Shown here piece by piece: positions 32,633-43,831 of a stretch of 64,000 nucleotides of DNA. Within the stretch, counting starts at the first letter, position 1. The number at the start of each line of letters is the position of its first letter. The position numbers and the translations under genes were made by a program. Under the pieces are notes generated by a model, which was given only the letters and a program-made list of their open reading frames with translations, was not told the DNA's origin and searched no databases. Origin of the DNA: Mantamonas sphyraenae STR306 (lineage: Eukaryota > Protista > CRuMs); the NCBI GenBank assembly GCA_026936335.1, contig JAPMXV010000053.1, forward strand, positions 372,001 to 436,000, in the 5' to 3' direction.

Positions 32633-35600
32633 ATGGGAGCAAACCAGTCCCGCCCTTCCGCTGACCCACAGCGCGCGTCGACGTTTGCACCTGCCGAGCC
32701 GCACCGTCGTCTGTACCAGGACGACTACACCACACGCAACAACATTGCCACCAACAGCAGTGCCGACTACCCGTTTGCGCCCGAAAAGGTGTTTGAACCC
32801 TCCAGCGTGGATGACCTTGTCGAGATTGTGAAACACTGTGCCGCGAACCAGAAGAAAGTTCGAGTGTACGGTAGTGGACACAGCTGGTCCGACCTCGCTG
32901 CCTCCACAGACTGCATGGTACGTTTCACTCTGTGTGCGACCCGTGCCCTTCCCATGGCCAGCCAAGTGCCGCCCTGCCTCGCCGGCGGGTCGAAAACAAG
33001 CTCTCGGTGTGCGCGCCCTTTTTTTGTGTCCGTTTCGCTCACCGCCCTGTGTTTGCACTGCAGATCAACACTGTGGCGCTGAAGGAGTTTCTCGAAATCG
33101 ATGTTGAGAACGAGACCATGACGGTACGTGAATGTTGACATGCCCTCGTGTCGCATGCAGTGTGCACAACGCCCCGAACGAAACCGGCTGTGTTTTCGTC
33201 GTCGTTGACTTCCCTGAAAACAAGGCACAAACGCTCAAAACGCAACCCTCGACAAGGCCCTTTCTTTCGCCGAATCTGCACCTCACACCCATCATGAACG
33301 GTCCTTCTTTCCGCTGGCACCTTGCCTAAACACACTGCGACCCCACACTCACGCAGGTCGAGGCCGGTGTCACCATCCGTGAGGCAATCAAGGAGCTCCG
33401 CAAACACGGGCTCGGTTTCCCGAATCTCGGTGGTTTTGACGGACAAACAGTCGCCGGCGCCCTCGCCACCGGCACACACGGCTCCGGTCGTAGCATCAGG
33501 TACGTCATCTCGCATATGCACCCTTGCTGCCATCTGTCTGTCGTTCCACTGCGACGGTCGTTCAGGAGTCACGTGCCGCGCCGCAAACTTGTCTGCCACT
33601 CCTTTCCTTTCCTTTCGCTCACACCACACCGTACAGCCCACTGTCTGCGTTCACACTCGAGATGACTATGGTTCTGCCCAACGGCACCATCGAGGTCTTC
33701 AGCAAGGGCCACCCGCACTGGGACGCGGTCCGTGTGCATCTGGGCCTGCTCGGCATTGTGTACAGCATCAAGGTGCAGGTGCGCAAGGACTTCAACATGG
33801 CCCTGCGCTACGAAACCGTCGAGCAGGACCAGTTCCTGGAGGAGTTTGAAGCCAAAACCGTGGAGTCCAAGTTCTACCAGGCTCTGTGGTGGCCGTACAC
33901 CACAAAGGCCACTCACACCTATCGCGATGAGGTGGAAGACCTGACATGCGGCGACAACTGCGATCGCTGCTGCTTCGAGTGTGCTGCCAGCTGCTTTGTG
34001 CCCTGCGAGACGGACTGCCTGCGCCAGTACCCAGAGTCGACTCCTGCGCGGTTCACCTGCAGCACCTCCAGCCGCTGTGGATGCAAAGCCTGCGTCGATG
34101 TCAAGACGGCCGGCACATACGAGCAAGCGCTGCTCACCATTGCCCAGCCCATCTATGTCGAGATGGAGTATTGCATTCCGTTTGAAAACACAACGTCTGC
34201 CCTCAAATCTCTGCACAAGGTGCTCAACGAGCGTCGCAACCGGGACAACATCTTCACCAACGGCCCCATTGGCATCCGCTTTTGCAAGAGCGAGACCGCC
34301 TTCCTCAGCCCTGCGTACAGCAGCGACCCTGAGCAGGTGTTCACGTACCTCAGCATCAATTTTCTGGGCAACATCGGCACACCGGGCCACCAGTTCATCT
34401 ACCGGGACGTGGAGGCGGTCATGGAGCCCCTCAAGGGCCGTCCACATTGGGGCAAGACATTTTTCTTGAACTTCACAAACCCGGGCGTGAGCACAAACTA
34501 CCCACAACTCAAGGAATTCCTCGAGTACCGCGATCAGGTCGACCCGGACCAGCTCTTCACCAACGACTGGACCAAGCGTGTGTTCAACCTGGGCAAGGAC
34601 GAGCCGTCGGTGCTGGACGTGCAAACGTTTGGCCAACGCCCGGACACAAGCAGCGAGCCCGCAGATCTCGTGGACGAGGTCATCGAGCTCCTCAAGCGCG
34701 ACGAGTGCACCGCCAAGGACCTGTGGAACGCCATTGCCGCCGTCCCTGTCGCCAAGCGCTATCTCATTCTCAACAAGTTGGACAACCCGCTGCAAACCAA
34801 GATGTGGGAGATCACGCGCGACAACCCGCTCTTCCGGCCCGTGGACATGATTGCCTCGCTTGTCAAGCAGGATGTGGGCATTGTCGATATGACGCGCAAA
34901 GCGTCGTCCACGTCGGACACGCGCAAGCGAGTGTCGTCCATCTCTGGCGAACCCGTCGACCTGCCTGACTATCTGCCGGGCTCCAAGCGCGAGGACGAAG
35001 AGGAGTTTGTGCCCGAAGATGGCCAAAATGTCGATGTTGTGGAGGTCGACACTACGGGAGAAGAGGGTGAGGAGGACGAGGAAGAGCCCGAGGCCGACCT
35101 GGACGACGAGGAGGTCGAGAAGCCGCCGCCCTTGCTGAAGAGCATGTCCAGCGAGAAGCTGTTTCAGAACAAGGCTCTGTCCGAGGAACTCAACGACACA
35201 TTGCTGGACAGCACCCAGGTTGCTGTCTTTGTGGGTCGCAACACTCTGGTGGGCAACACGCGCTTTGTGAAGCGCATGTTCATTCCCAACACGTCCAACG
35301 GCGAGGTCTACGGCTACAACGACAACAACGGCGACAAGTTTGCCAACTGGCTGACGGGCCCGGGCTACTTCCATGCCAAGGACTACCTCAGCTCGTACGC
35401 ACCCGTGTTCTTCGATTACACGGAGGTGCCCCGCGAAGAGAATGTCAACGAGGAAATGCCCACGCCTGTGGACAACCGCCACGGTCTGTTCCTCTTTGGA
35501 GGACTGCGCGACTACATGCGCATCGCTGGGCCTGACTTTTACATCGGAGAGGTTTGGCGTGACGGCGTGCAGGGAAACCTCTTTGCAATGACGGCGGACC

Positions 35601-35659
35601 CAGGGGACATCAAGTGTACCTGCGGCTGCTACTGGTGTGTGTGCTGCACAGAGTGCTAG
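32633..35659 (+). CDS. L-gulonolactone/D-arabinonolactone oxidase-family FAD oxidase with Cys-rich insert and long C-terminal extension; exons 32633-32917, 33064-33123, 33357-33499, 33637-35659; 836 aa (plus a 5' UTR intron 32532-32602)
   Basis: EPSSVDDLVEIV, VRVYGSGHSWS (flavinylated His position), VEAGVTI, QTVAGALATGTHGSG, HLGLLGIV, EMEYCIP, IRF, GRPHWGK, VDPDQLFTN; introns phase consistent. Confidence 0.9.
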
Positions 35660-35689
35660 TGAATGGTTGGGGAACAAAATGGAAACGCT

Positions 35690-38600
35690 CTATTCCACCT
35701 GTTCATCCTCGCCGTGTCCCTGTCCCTCCCACAGCCTGCCCGCATGTTGGTTGATGTACGACAAGTCGTCCATCGAGTAGAATTCAAACTGGTTCTCGCT
35801 GCATTGCAGGTTGAGCGAGTTGAGGAAGATGAGCAACGGGATAAAGTGGCAATCCGTCTGGCCGGTCATGTCGACAAAGTTGCTTGGGTCGTGGTCATGA
35901 TTGGGTGAGAACGGCTGCAACCAAAACTTGTTGCCCGTCTTGGGGCTGACGATGGGTGCGCTGCTAAGATAGTACTCCAGCAGGTGTTTGATGTTCTCAT
36001 CGTGCTGCTTGAGGATCTCGCGCGCTTCGTCCTGGTTGGCCAGCATGGCGGCGAGTTTGAACTTGAACTGGGCATCGGACGGCCCGAGCTCGTGACTCAC
36101 CGCTTCCACAAACTCGGGCGTCAGACGCAGCACTCCACGCTCGATGTACTGGAGCACCATGGGACGAGTGAGCACACGGAGGCTGAGAGCACAGAAGCGG
36201 TTCTGAAAGTCCTTGGGGAACGGGAAGCTGAGTTCTTCCAAGGCCACGTACATCTGCTCCAGCTGTTGGAAGCAGGTGAATTCAGCTTCGCCTGCAGGCG
36301 CAAACGGGTCTTCCATCATGAGGTCGACCGGCACACTGCTGCTTGTACTGCGCGTGCTGTTGCCGCCCTGTTCCATGGACGCGCCCGCGGAGGACGATCC
36401 ATCGTCTTGATTGCTTGCGCCATCGTCGCCTCCCAACAGGCCCGAGAACCAGTTGGAAGCGGCTTGGACGCCCGAGGTGGAGGATGATGCCGAGGAGGAT
36501 GAGCCTGAGGAGGGGGAGGCCATGCTTCCGCTGGCGTGGTCGCGACCCTGCTCGGTACTGACGCGCACGGCAGCCTCGATGCCCGTGGCGGCGAGGATGC
36601 AGTCAAACAGTCGGTTGGACTCGAGGCTCTGAGAGTTGTAGTACTGCTGGGAGAGTCGAAGGCATTGCGGGCGACCTTCTTTGGTGAACTGGGACATGAT
36701 AAACTCGCAGAGGATTTCGACAAAATCCTTGCGTGTCAAGGGGCCGGGCGTCTCTTCAGTCTCGTCCATGGACGGGGTGCTGGTCTCTTCCTCGGCCACA
36801 AAAAGCTTGGAAAAGAACTTGCGGATGCTTTGGGTTTGCTTGTTTACCAGGGATGCGCCGGAGTTGCTGTTGGAAATCATGACATCGGCAGAGGTGAGCT
36901 GGGTGGATGTGTATCGCTCAAAGGGGAAGCGGGTAAGAGCAAACTCGTCTACTTCACCCGCGGTGGCAAAGACGGGAGTGACGTTCAGTGCGGTCATGGC
37001 GGAGTTGCCCATGCGCCTGCGCTCTCCAGAGCTCTCGTTTGCATCAAAGCAGGGCTGTGCAGTGATGGGCACGACGCGAAGGAGGTGGTCCTGCATGCCC
37101 AAGGCCTTGAGCTCCTGGAAAGTGGTGCCCAGCAGAAACTCCTTGAAGAGATCGGAGGTGGCATGCTCGGGATATTGCGAACAGACCATCATCATGATTT
37201 GGTCGACAAGTTCGGTGTCCTGCATGTGGACCATAGCAAGGTGGAGGGCACGCGTGTGCCAGGAGGCCTGGGGCTGTGCAAAGAGGTCGAGGATGGTGGT
37301 GCGGTCCAGCGTGTACTCATAAACGTCACCTGTGCGGCAGTCGAGGAGGCAGTGGCCACGCAGATCTGGCACAGCAGAGCTGCTGAGGCGCATGGCCTGT
37401 GTGAGCTCGGGGTCAAACGGGAGCACGATGGCGGGCTGGAAGTAGGCTGGGTTCATGATGTTTGCGAAACTGTCGTCAGCGTCCGGATTCGCATCGTCTC
37501 CTTTGGCAGACGAGGATGGGGTGGAGGATGAGGATGAGGATGAGGATGAGGATGAGGAGGAAGATGAAGAGGATGAAGAAGCAGAGGAGGCGGAAGAAGC
37601 TGATCCGGTGGAGGAGGTCATGGAGAGGGCGGCAGAAGTGGATGAAACAGACGGGCCGAGGCGGACAGGGTGATCGTTGTCGGAAGGGGAACCGTTGGAG
37701 GAGGGGGAGGGGTTGGTTTCGCTTGCGGCAGCGGCGCGTGCTTCAGCCTCAGCCTCTTCGGCGGCAGCATGCTTGGCAGCGGCAGCAGCAAGCTGACTGG
37801 GCAGTGGGGTTGCCCAAGCGCAGCCTGTGAGGACGAGGGACTCACAGGTGGCGTGGAGGGAGCCACAGTCAACGAAGCGGATGTGGTGGCCGGGAATGTA
37901 CACAACGAGGAGGTCGCCGATGGAGCCGAAGAACACGTTTGTGCGACGGATGATCTGAGGGTCGTAGTTGTTCATCTGGATGGTAAACTCGATGCGGACG
38001 CGGTGGTGAAGGACAAAAAGAGTGACGATGATCTGCGGGGGTTGCTTGGCCTTGATCTGGATCTGCTGTTGACACAGGACGACCGCATTGCCGCGAAGGC
38101 GCACGAGGTTGAGGTAGAGGGCACACGACCACCGTGGAGCCAGTGTGGCTGAGGGTCGCGTGTTTTGTTGAGTCTGATCTGCAGGGGGATTTCAAACACG
38201 AGCTCGTTCTTCATGTCCTGAAAATCGACGCAGCGCACAAGGTGTTCGCTGCCTGCATTGCCGTTGTCCTTTTGCACGCGGGGCGCTGGGATGAAGTAGA
38301 GCAGGGATCGATGGGTGTCCCAGTGCATCCACATGTACAGTTTCACGATGACTGCCTGCAGGTGTGGCTGAGCGGTGATTTTCTGTGGATGGGGGCACGT
38401 GTGAGCACGATTACCAAGGACTGACTTTGTGTGGGGAGTGGCGGTGGTTGCGTTGTCGTAGGGTCGGGTTGTGGAAGAGGGAAAGGAGGGACAACGCAGG
38501 CCATTTCACGTACCACGCCCTGGCCGTCGGAGCGGCGCTGGATGCTGATGAGATAGAGGTGGATAAACTCCTTGTCGAGAAAGAAAAGAAAGTTGTTTGT

Positions 38601-39464
38601 GCGGGTGCTGTCGTGATAGAGAAACTGTGAGTGGGGGCCAAGGGCGTATGGGGAGGGTGTGTGAGCGGTGACGTGAACGGGGGAAGTGGATTGGGTCAGG
38701 GACAGGGGAGGCCAGGACAAGGAGACAACGCAGGCAGAAGGGAGGTTGTGGTGGAACAAAGATGGGATGACCTGCAGGATGGAGTTTGGCCAAGGGGCTG
38801 AAAGACACGGGAGAGGAGGGAGGGAGGAACGAACCTGGATGCGTTGAGACTCGCGGCTGCGGATATTGAGAGAGTAGCAGCGAGCCTGAGGCTGGATTTC
38901 GACGAGGCAGCTTTCGTAGATCTCGTCGTAGTCTCTGTTGTCGCGGTTGGAGGAGGTGCGCACCTTTGTGACGGTGGTAAAGGCGAGGAGGTTGCGCTCT
39001 TTGTTGACGGAGGCGCTGGTGCAGGTCATGGTGGACTCGTGGACGTAGAGAGGGGTTAGTTCGCGCATAGTAGGGTCGTACATGTCGATAAACGTCTTTC
39101 GAGTGCCATTCTTGTCGACCCCGTCGCGTGAGAGGAGGACGACGCCGTTGCGTTCTTGTCCGACGATCATGACGCGAAAGGGTGCCGAGCGAGACTTGGA
39201 CTTGCCTGCGGAAGAGCTGGAGGGTGTGGAGACCGAACTGCCTGCGTTCTGGCCGGCTTCGGTACTGCTGGGGGATTTGAGGGCGGAGGAGACCGTGATT
39301 CCGCGGGAGGAAGAGGAAGAAGAGGAGGAGGAAGAAGAGGAGGAGGAGGAGGAGGAGGAGGTGGTGGAAGAGGAGGATTGGTTGGTGAAAAGCAGTTGCT
39401 GCTCGCGCGGAAGCAACGGAATGATGTCCTCAGCGATGCTGAGGGTGCGCGTGAATCGGAGCAT
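35690..39464 (-). CDS. GSAP: Gamma-secretase activating protein (GSAP/pigeon) homolog; exons 38835-39464, 38514-38624, 35690-38382, with one frame break near 38120
   Basis: MLRF....IAEDIIPLL, IVGQERNG, YDP, SASVNKERNLLAF, LVEIQP, IQ|FLY, MWMHWD..LLYFI, YIPGHHIRFVDC and ALHLAMVH follow the GSAP pattern; GT-AG introns in phase. Confidence 0.85.
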
Positions 39465-39654
39465 GGGAAACGAAGTGGGGATTTTGTTGGATGGTCGACC
39501 GTCACGACACAGATGTGGGGAGGGGAGGCAAAGGATGTTGGTGAACACAGGCGATGCTTGATGATGCTTGATGATGATGACGATGGGCGGGGAAGAAGCG
39601 TGGGAACGGCGACACAGAGTGCAGCGGCGCTGGGGTTTGCAGTGCGCAACTGGC

Positions 39655-40991
39655 TCACTTGTCCTTTGCGGCGGCGGCAGCCTGGGCAGCAGCTTCGTGG
39701 AGCTTGCGTGCCTCTGAACGCCGCTTGGAGTACAGGCCCCAGATGCCGCGGAGCCAGTAGTTGTTGACAAAGATGCCAAAGGCCATGGAGAAAACCATGA
39801 CCACCTTGACAGAGGTAAGGACCTCGGCAAAAATGCGCTCGCGCATCTGCCAGTAGAGGGGAAACACAAAGAGGTACTCTTGATACTGGCGTGCAGCGAC
39901 CCAGACGGCCATGAGGATCCAGGACCAGACCATGAAAAAGGTCGAGTGCTGCTGCTTGCTCTTACCCAGGTACCAGTAGACGGTGTTGAAGGGGATGGTG
40001 ATCTCCATGGAGATGTACACCATGAGGGCAAAGGTCATCTGTTGGGTATACTGTGCGGAAGGGCGCGCGGGGAAAATGTTGCCCAAGGGTCAGCGAGTGT
40101 TTGCAGAGGACGCGAAGGAGGCATGGGCAGAGGCAAACAGGGTGCAGGTGCGCGGACTGGCTTGTGTACAGAGGTGTGCTGGTGGTGGGGAGACACAATG
40201 GGAACAGCGGGGCATACGGTGGACATGCGAGGGCGATTCACGCAAAAAGGTCACGGGAAGCAAAGGGGCCCATGCGGCAAAGTGCTGTAGCAAGGGCATT
40301 GCACAAGGCTGAGGGCCGGTGATGTGTGCTGGCGAAACACAGGTGTAGGGATGGACCAGGTACAGGCAGTGCGGGCGTGGGGAAGAAAGGAGAGGCGGTG
40401 CTGGGCACGTGGGAGCCTGGAACGGTGGACGGGTTTGCATGACTGGGAAAAGGGCAGCAGGTCGAGCAGAAGGGAACGTACGAGAATGAGGGCGATGCTG
40501 TAGCCAAAGGAGATGTGGTGAACGAGCATGACAAAGTTGCCGTTTCCGAAGCGGCTGGGCCAGATCAGACGCATGGTCGTGTCGAAGCTGACGCAGCCGG
40601 TGGTGACGGCAAGGCAGATGTCGGAGGCGGTGGTATGGTGGTAGATGGGGTCTGCAATGAAGGCCGGGTCACGCAACATGAAGAGCGAATGGACGGCGGT
40701 ATAGAGGGCAAAGAGGGAGGCCAAAACCTTGGTGTCCCACGTGAGCTTGTCGTTGTCGCTGAAGCCGTTGTACGACTTGAGCAGCAGAGGTGAAAGAAGG
40801 CGGCTGGCGCCGGTGACGAGGAAGCTGCCGATGTAGGAGAGCACCATCACAGTCAGCACCATGGACTCGCGCGAGTTGGTGAGCAGAGACTCGAGGGTGG
40901 CTTCGCTGGTGATGTTTGTCATCTCGGGGTTGGGGTGGAGCTGCCAGCGCCTGGTGTTGGCATGAATGGTGGCGTGAAGGGGTGGGTTCAT
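39655..40991 (-). CDS. TLC (TRAM/LAG1/CLN8) domain membrane protein, TLCD4/TMEM56-like; exons 40482-40991 and 39655-40050, ~301 aa
   Basis: W..K..AS, FD, MLVHH, MEITIPFN.YW.L, R and NNYW motifs; multiple TMs; GTACGT...CTGAC...ACAG intron of 431 nt. The start could be 40922. Confidence 0.85.
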
Positions 40992-41103
40992 GGTGCGGGC
41001 GTTGCAGGGAAGGCAACACTGGAGTGTTTGTTTGGCACCTGGGGCTTAGGGTGACGTGATGCACGGGTGCGGGAGGAGAGGCAAGCCACCGGAAGAACAC
41101 GTG

Positions 41104-42903
41104 ATGTCGTCGTCATCGTCGCGGTTGGTGGACGCGGAAGACGCAGGTGTGCAGAGAGACATTCTGCGCATCATCATGCAGTACCTTCAGTCGCAAGGGT
41201 ACCAGCAGTCGATTGTGACGCTGCAAGACGAGGCTCAGCTGAAATCCCACTTTGCAGCGAGCGCGCAGACACAGACCAAGAGGCTGCGGAAGGCCATCCG
41301 CAAGGGCATGTGGAAGGATGTGGACAAGCTGCTGGGCATGAAACCGTTCCGAGACAACAAGATGCTGCTGTACGAGGTGCACAAGCAGCAATACCTGGAG
41401 CTGATTGAATCGCGGCAGGTTCAAAAGGCCTTTCAGCACCTGAACACGCGGCTGAAGCCGCTGGAGCCGTGGGCTGACAGCAGCACAAGCAGCCGAAGCG
41501 AGTTTCAACAACTGTGCTACCTGCTCACTTGCAACTCGGTGCACGAGGTGGAGGCGTTCAAGTCTTGGGACGGAGCCTCAGGGCAATCTCGCGAACTGCT
41601 GTCGGAGCTGGTGCGCACGGTGGCTGAATTTGACTCGCTGGAACGTAGCCATGGTGAGAGCTTGCCTGTACCCAAGAACAGACTGCTCACGCTACTGGAG
41701 CAGGCAGTGCAGCAGCAGGTAGCCCAGCTGCCGAAGCGACCTCCGTTTACACCGCACGTGCGCACGCTGCTGAAAGACTACTCGGTGGCGGTGCTGCCCA
41801 CCACGGAGCGGCATGTGTACACGGGCCATCGCGGCAACGTCAAGTGCGTGACGTGGGTGGGTGAAGCTGGGCGCTATCTGGCCAGCGGAGGCTCGGACAA
41901 CACCGTGCGGCTGTGGGACAGCGACTCGCCCGAGTGCTTGAGCATACTAAGCGACTTTGAAGCGCGCATCTGGGACGTTTCCAGCAGCGCGTCGGGGACA
42001 CTGCTGTCTGTGGCGTGTGGAGACGGACAGATCAGCGTGTGGGATCTAGGCGGCTGGCCCGAGGAGGAGTCCAGCAGCAGTGTATCGGGCAGCTACATGG
42101 GTGCGGCAGAGAGTCTGTCCCGCTTGGGCTCGTGGTACAAACGGCGTCGCCACGAGGAGGGCCTGGAAGGCAGTGTGGAGGATCCTTTGCAGGTTGCCAG
42201 CATGCGCCTCCATCAAGGCGCAGCGTACACAACGCACTTCCATCCGCACGAATCCCACGTGATCAGCGGAGGCTACGACGCGTCGGTGCGCTTGTACGAC
42301 GTGCGCACGGGCGAGCAGGTGAAGCGGTTTGCCGAACACGAGGCTTCTGTCACCTCGGTGCGGTTCAGTCCGCACGGCCACATGCTCGTCAGCGGCTCCA
42401 AGGACTCGCACATCAAGTTTTGGGACGTGCTGAGCGGCACATGCGTCAAGACACTGTCAGGACATCTGTGGGAGGTGTCGTCGGTGTGCTTCAACGCAGC
42501 CGGCACGCAGCTGCTGAGTGCGTCCAAGGACAACAGTGTGCGCCTGTGGGATCTGCGCATGGACTCGGCACACACCACGTTCAAGGGCCATCACAACACC
42601 AGCAAGAACCTGATCCGGGCGAGCTTTGGAGCCGAGGAAGAGGTGGTGCTCACAGGTTCGGAGGATGGCACCGTGTACGTGTACGAGACGCAGAGCGGGA
42701 ATCTGGTGGACGAGCTGGAGGCGCACGACGGGGTCATTTTTGAGGCACAGTGGAACGCCCAGAAGCAGTTGCTGGTGAGCTGCTCGGAGGACGGCACACT
42801 GCGCACTTGGAACGCGGGTGAGGACGACAGCAGTTTGGGAGACGAACCCTTGGACACAAACGGCGTGGTGGAGCAGCATGAGAGTGTTCAGGTGGAGAGG
42901 TGA
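41104..42903 (+). CDS. LisH-CTLH-WD40 protein (WDR26/GID7-like)
   Basis: LisH DILRIIMQYLQSQGY..S..TLQDE; CTLH LRKAIRKGMW..V; YEVHKQQYLELIE; WDG..GQSRELL; VPKNRLLTLLEQA; about 7 WD40 repeats. An upstream ATG at 41059 is possible. Confidence 0.88.
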   Translation: MSSSSSRLVDAEDAGVQRDILRIIMQYLQSQGYQQSIVTLQDEAQLKSHFAASAQTQTKRLRKAIRKGMWKDVDKLLGMKPFRDNKMLLYEVHKQQYLELIESRQVQKAFQHLNTRLKPLEPWADSSTSSRSEFQQLCYLLTCNSVHEVEAFKSWDGASGQSRELLSELVRTVAEFDSLERSHGESLPVPKNRLLTLLEQAVQQQVAQLPKRPPFTPHVRTLLKDYSVAVLPTTERHVYTGHRGNVKCVTWVGEAGRYLASGGSDNTVRLWDSDSPECLSILSDFEARIWDVSSSASGTLLSVACGDGQISVWDLGGWPEEESSSSVSGSYMGAAESLSRLGSWYKRRRHEEGLEGSVEDPLQVASMRLHQGAAYTTHFHPHESHVISGGYDASVRLYDVRTGEQVKRFAEHEASVTSVRFSPHGHMLVSGSKDSHIKFWDVLSGTCVKTLSGHLWEVSSVCFNAAGTQLLSASKDNSVRLWDLRMDSAHTTFKGHHNTSKNLIRASFGAEEEVVLTGSEDGTVYVYETQSGNLVDELEAHDGVIFEAQWNAQKQLLVSCSEDGTLRTWNAGEDDSSLGDEPLDTNGVVEQHESVQVER

Positions 42904-42942
42904 GCGAGTGCGCGCTGACGGCCACAGCAAAAAGTTCCTGAC

Positions 42943-43758
42943 ATGACCCGTCGCCGCACAGCGCTGGCCGATGTGACGAATGAACATCCAGCGTGGAGGT
43001 TGGGGGGAAGCAAACACAGCCCCAAGACTCAGGGTATCTTGAATGCACGGTGTACAGAGCGTAAGGTCGGCACGAGCATTGGAACCGAGGTGGAAAGTGA
43101 GCGGTCGGCAATGGCTCGAGATTTGAAGTCAGGAACTTTGTCGGCCGAAGGATCCGAGGCCTGCGTGGAGCGCAAGAGGCTGCCCAAGAGCCAAGACCCT
43201 AGTTTCTACAAGGTGGAACTATGCAACATGTTCCTGGAGACCGGACTATGTGTGTACGGGCGGGATTGTCGATACGCCCACGCTCTCAGCGAGCTGGTGC
43301 CTCGCACACGGGGCTTCTTTGCACGCAAGAAGTACAAAACCGAGAGCTGCACCATGTATGCGGAAGGTTACTGCCGATTTGGCAACCGATGTGCATTTGT
43401 GCACACAAAGTCTCGAGACGCCATCCTGGCGGGCGCTGTCACATTGGGCAACGTGTTCTCGTGGACCGAGCGCCATACGCACAACCCGTTTGTGCGCCGC
43501 TTGGGCGTGTTTGCCAACCTCGCCCGAGAGGAGGATGAAGAGGCCGAGGAAGCCTGCTTGGATGTCGATGCAGAAGAGGCAAAGGCGAAACTCGTGCCGA
43601 CGTACAGGCGCCCTGCAACGTCCACGGTCGATGTTCACCAAGATGCATGTGTGGAGAATAGTGATAGTAAGCAGGAGGAAGAGGAGAAGGAGAAGTTGCC
43701 GTGGTGGGAGGCTGGATGGGACGGGATCTGCGAAAAGGCTGGCGAGTGGAAGCTGTGA
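42943..43758 (+). CDS. TIS11/ZFP36-family tandem CCCH zinc-finger mRNA-decay protein, 271 aa
   Basis: YKVEL-C-x8-C-x5-C-x3-H and KYKTES-C-x7-C-x5-C-x3-H; RRLGVF resembles the TTP NOT1-binding RLPIF motif. Confidence 0.88.
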   Translation: MTRRRTALADVTNEHPAWRLGGSKHSPKTQGILNARCTERKVGTSIGTEVESERSAMARDLKSGTLSAEGSEACVERKRLPKSQDPSFYKVELCNMFLETGLCVYGRDCRYAHALSELVPRTRGFFARKKYKTESCTMYAEGYCRFGNRCAFVHTKSRDAILAGAVTLGNVFSWTERHTHNPFVRRLGVFANLAREEDEEAEEACLDVDAEEAKAKLVPTYRRPATSTVDVHQDACVENSDSKQEEEEKEKLPWWEAGWDGICEKAGEWKL

Positions 43759-43831
43759 TGTCTGACCGATCGTGAACACAGCTGTGCTTTGATGATCATC
43801 AATCAACGCAATCAAACTCAGGAGGACTTGT

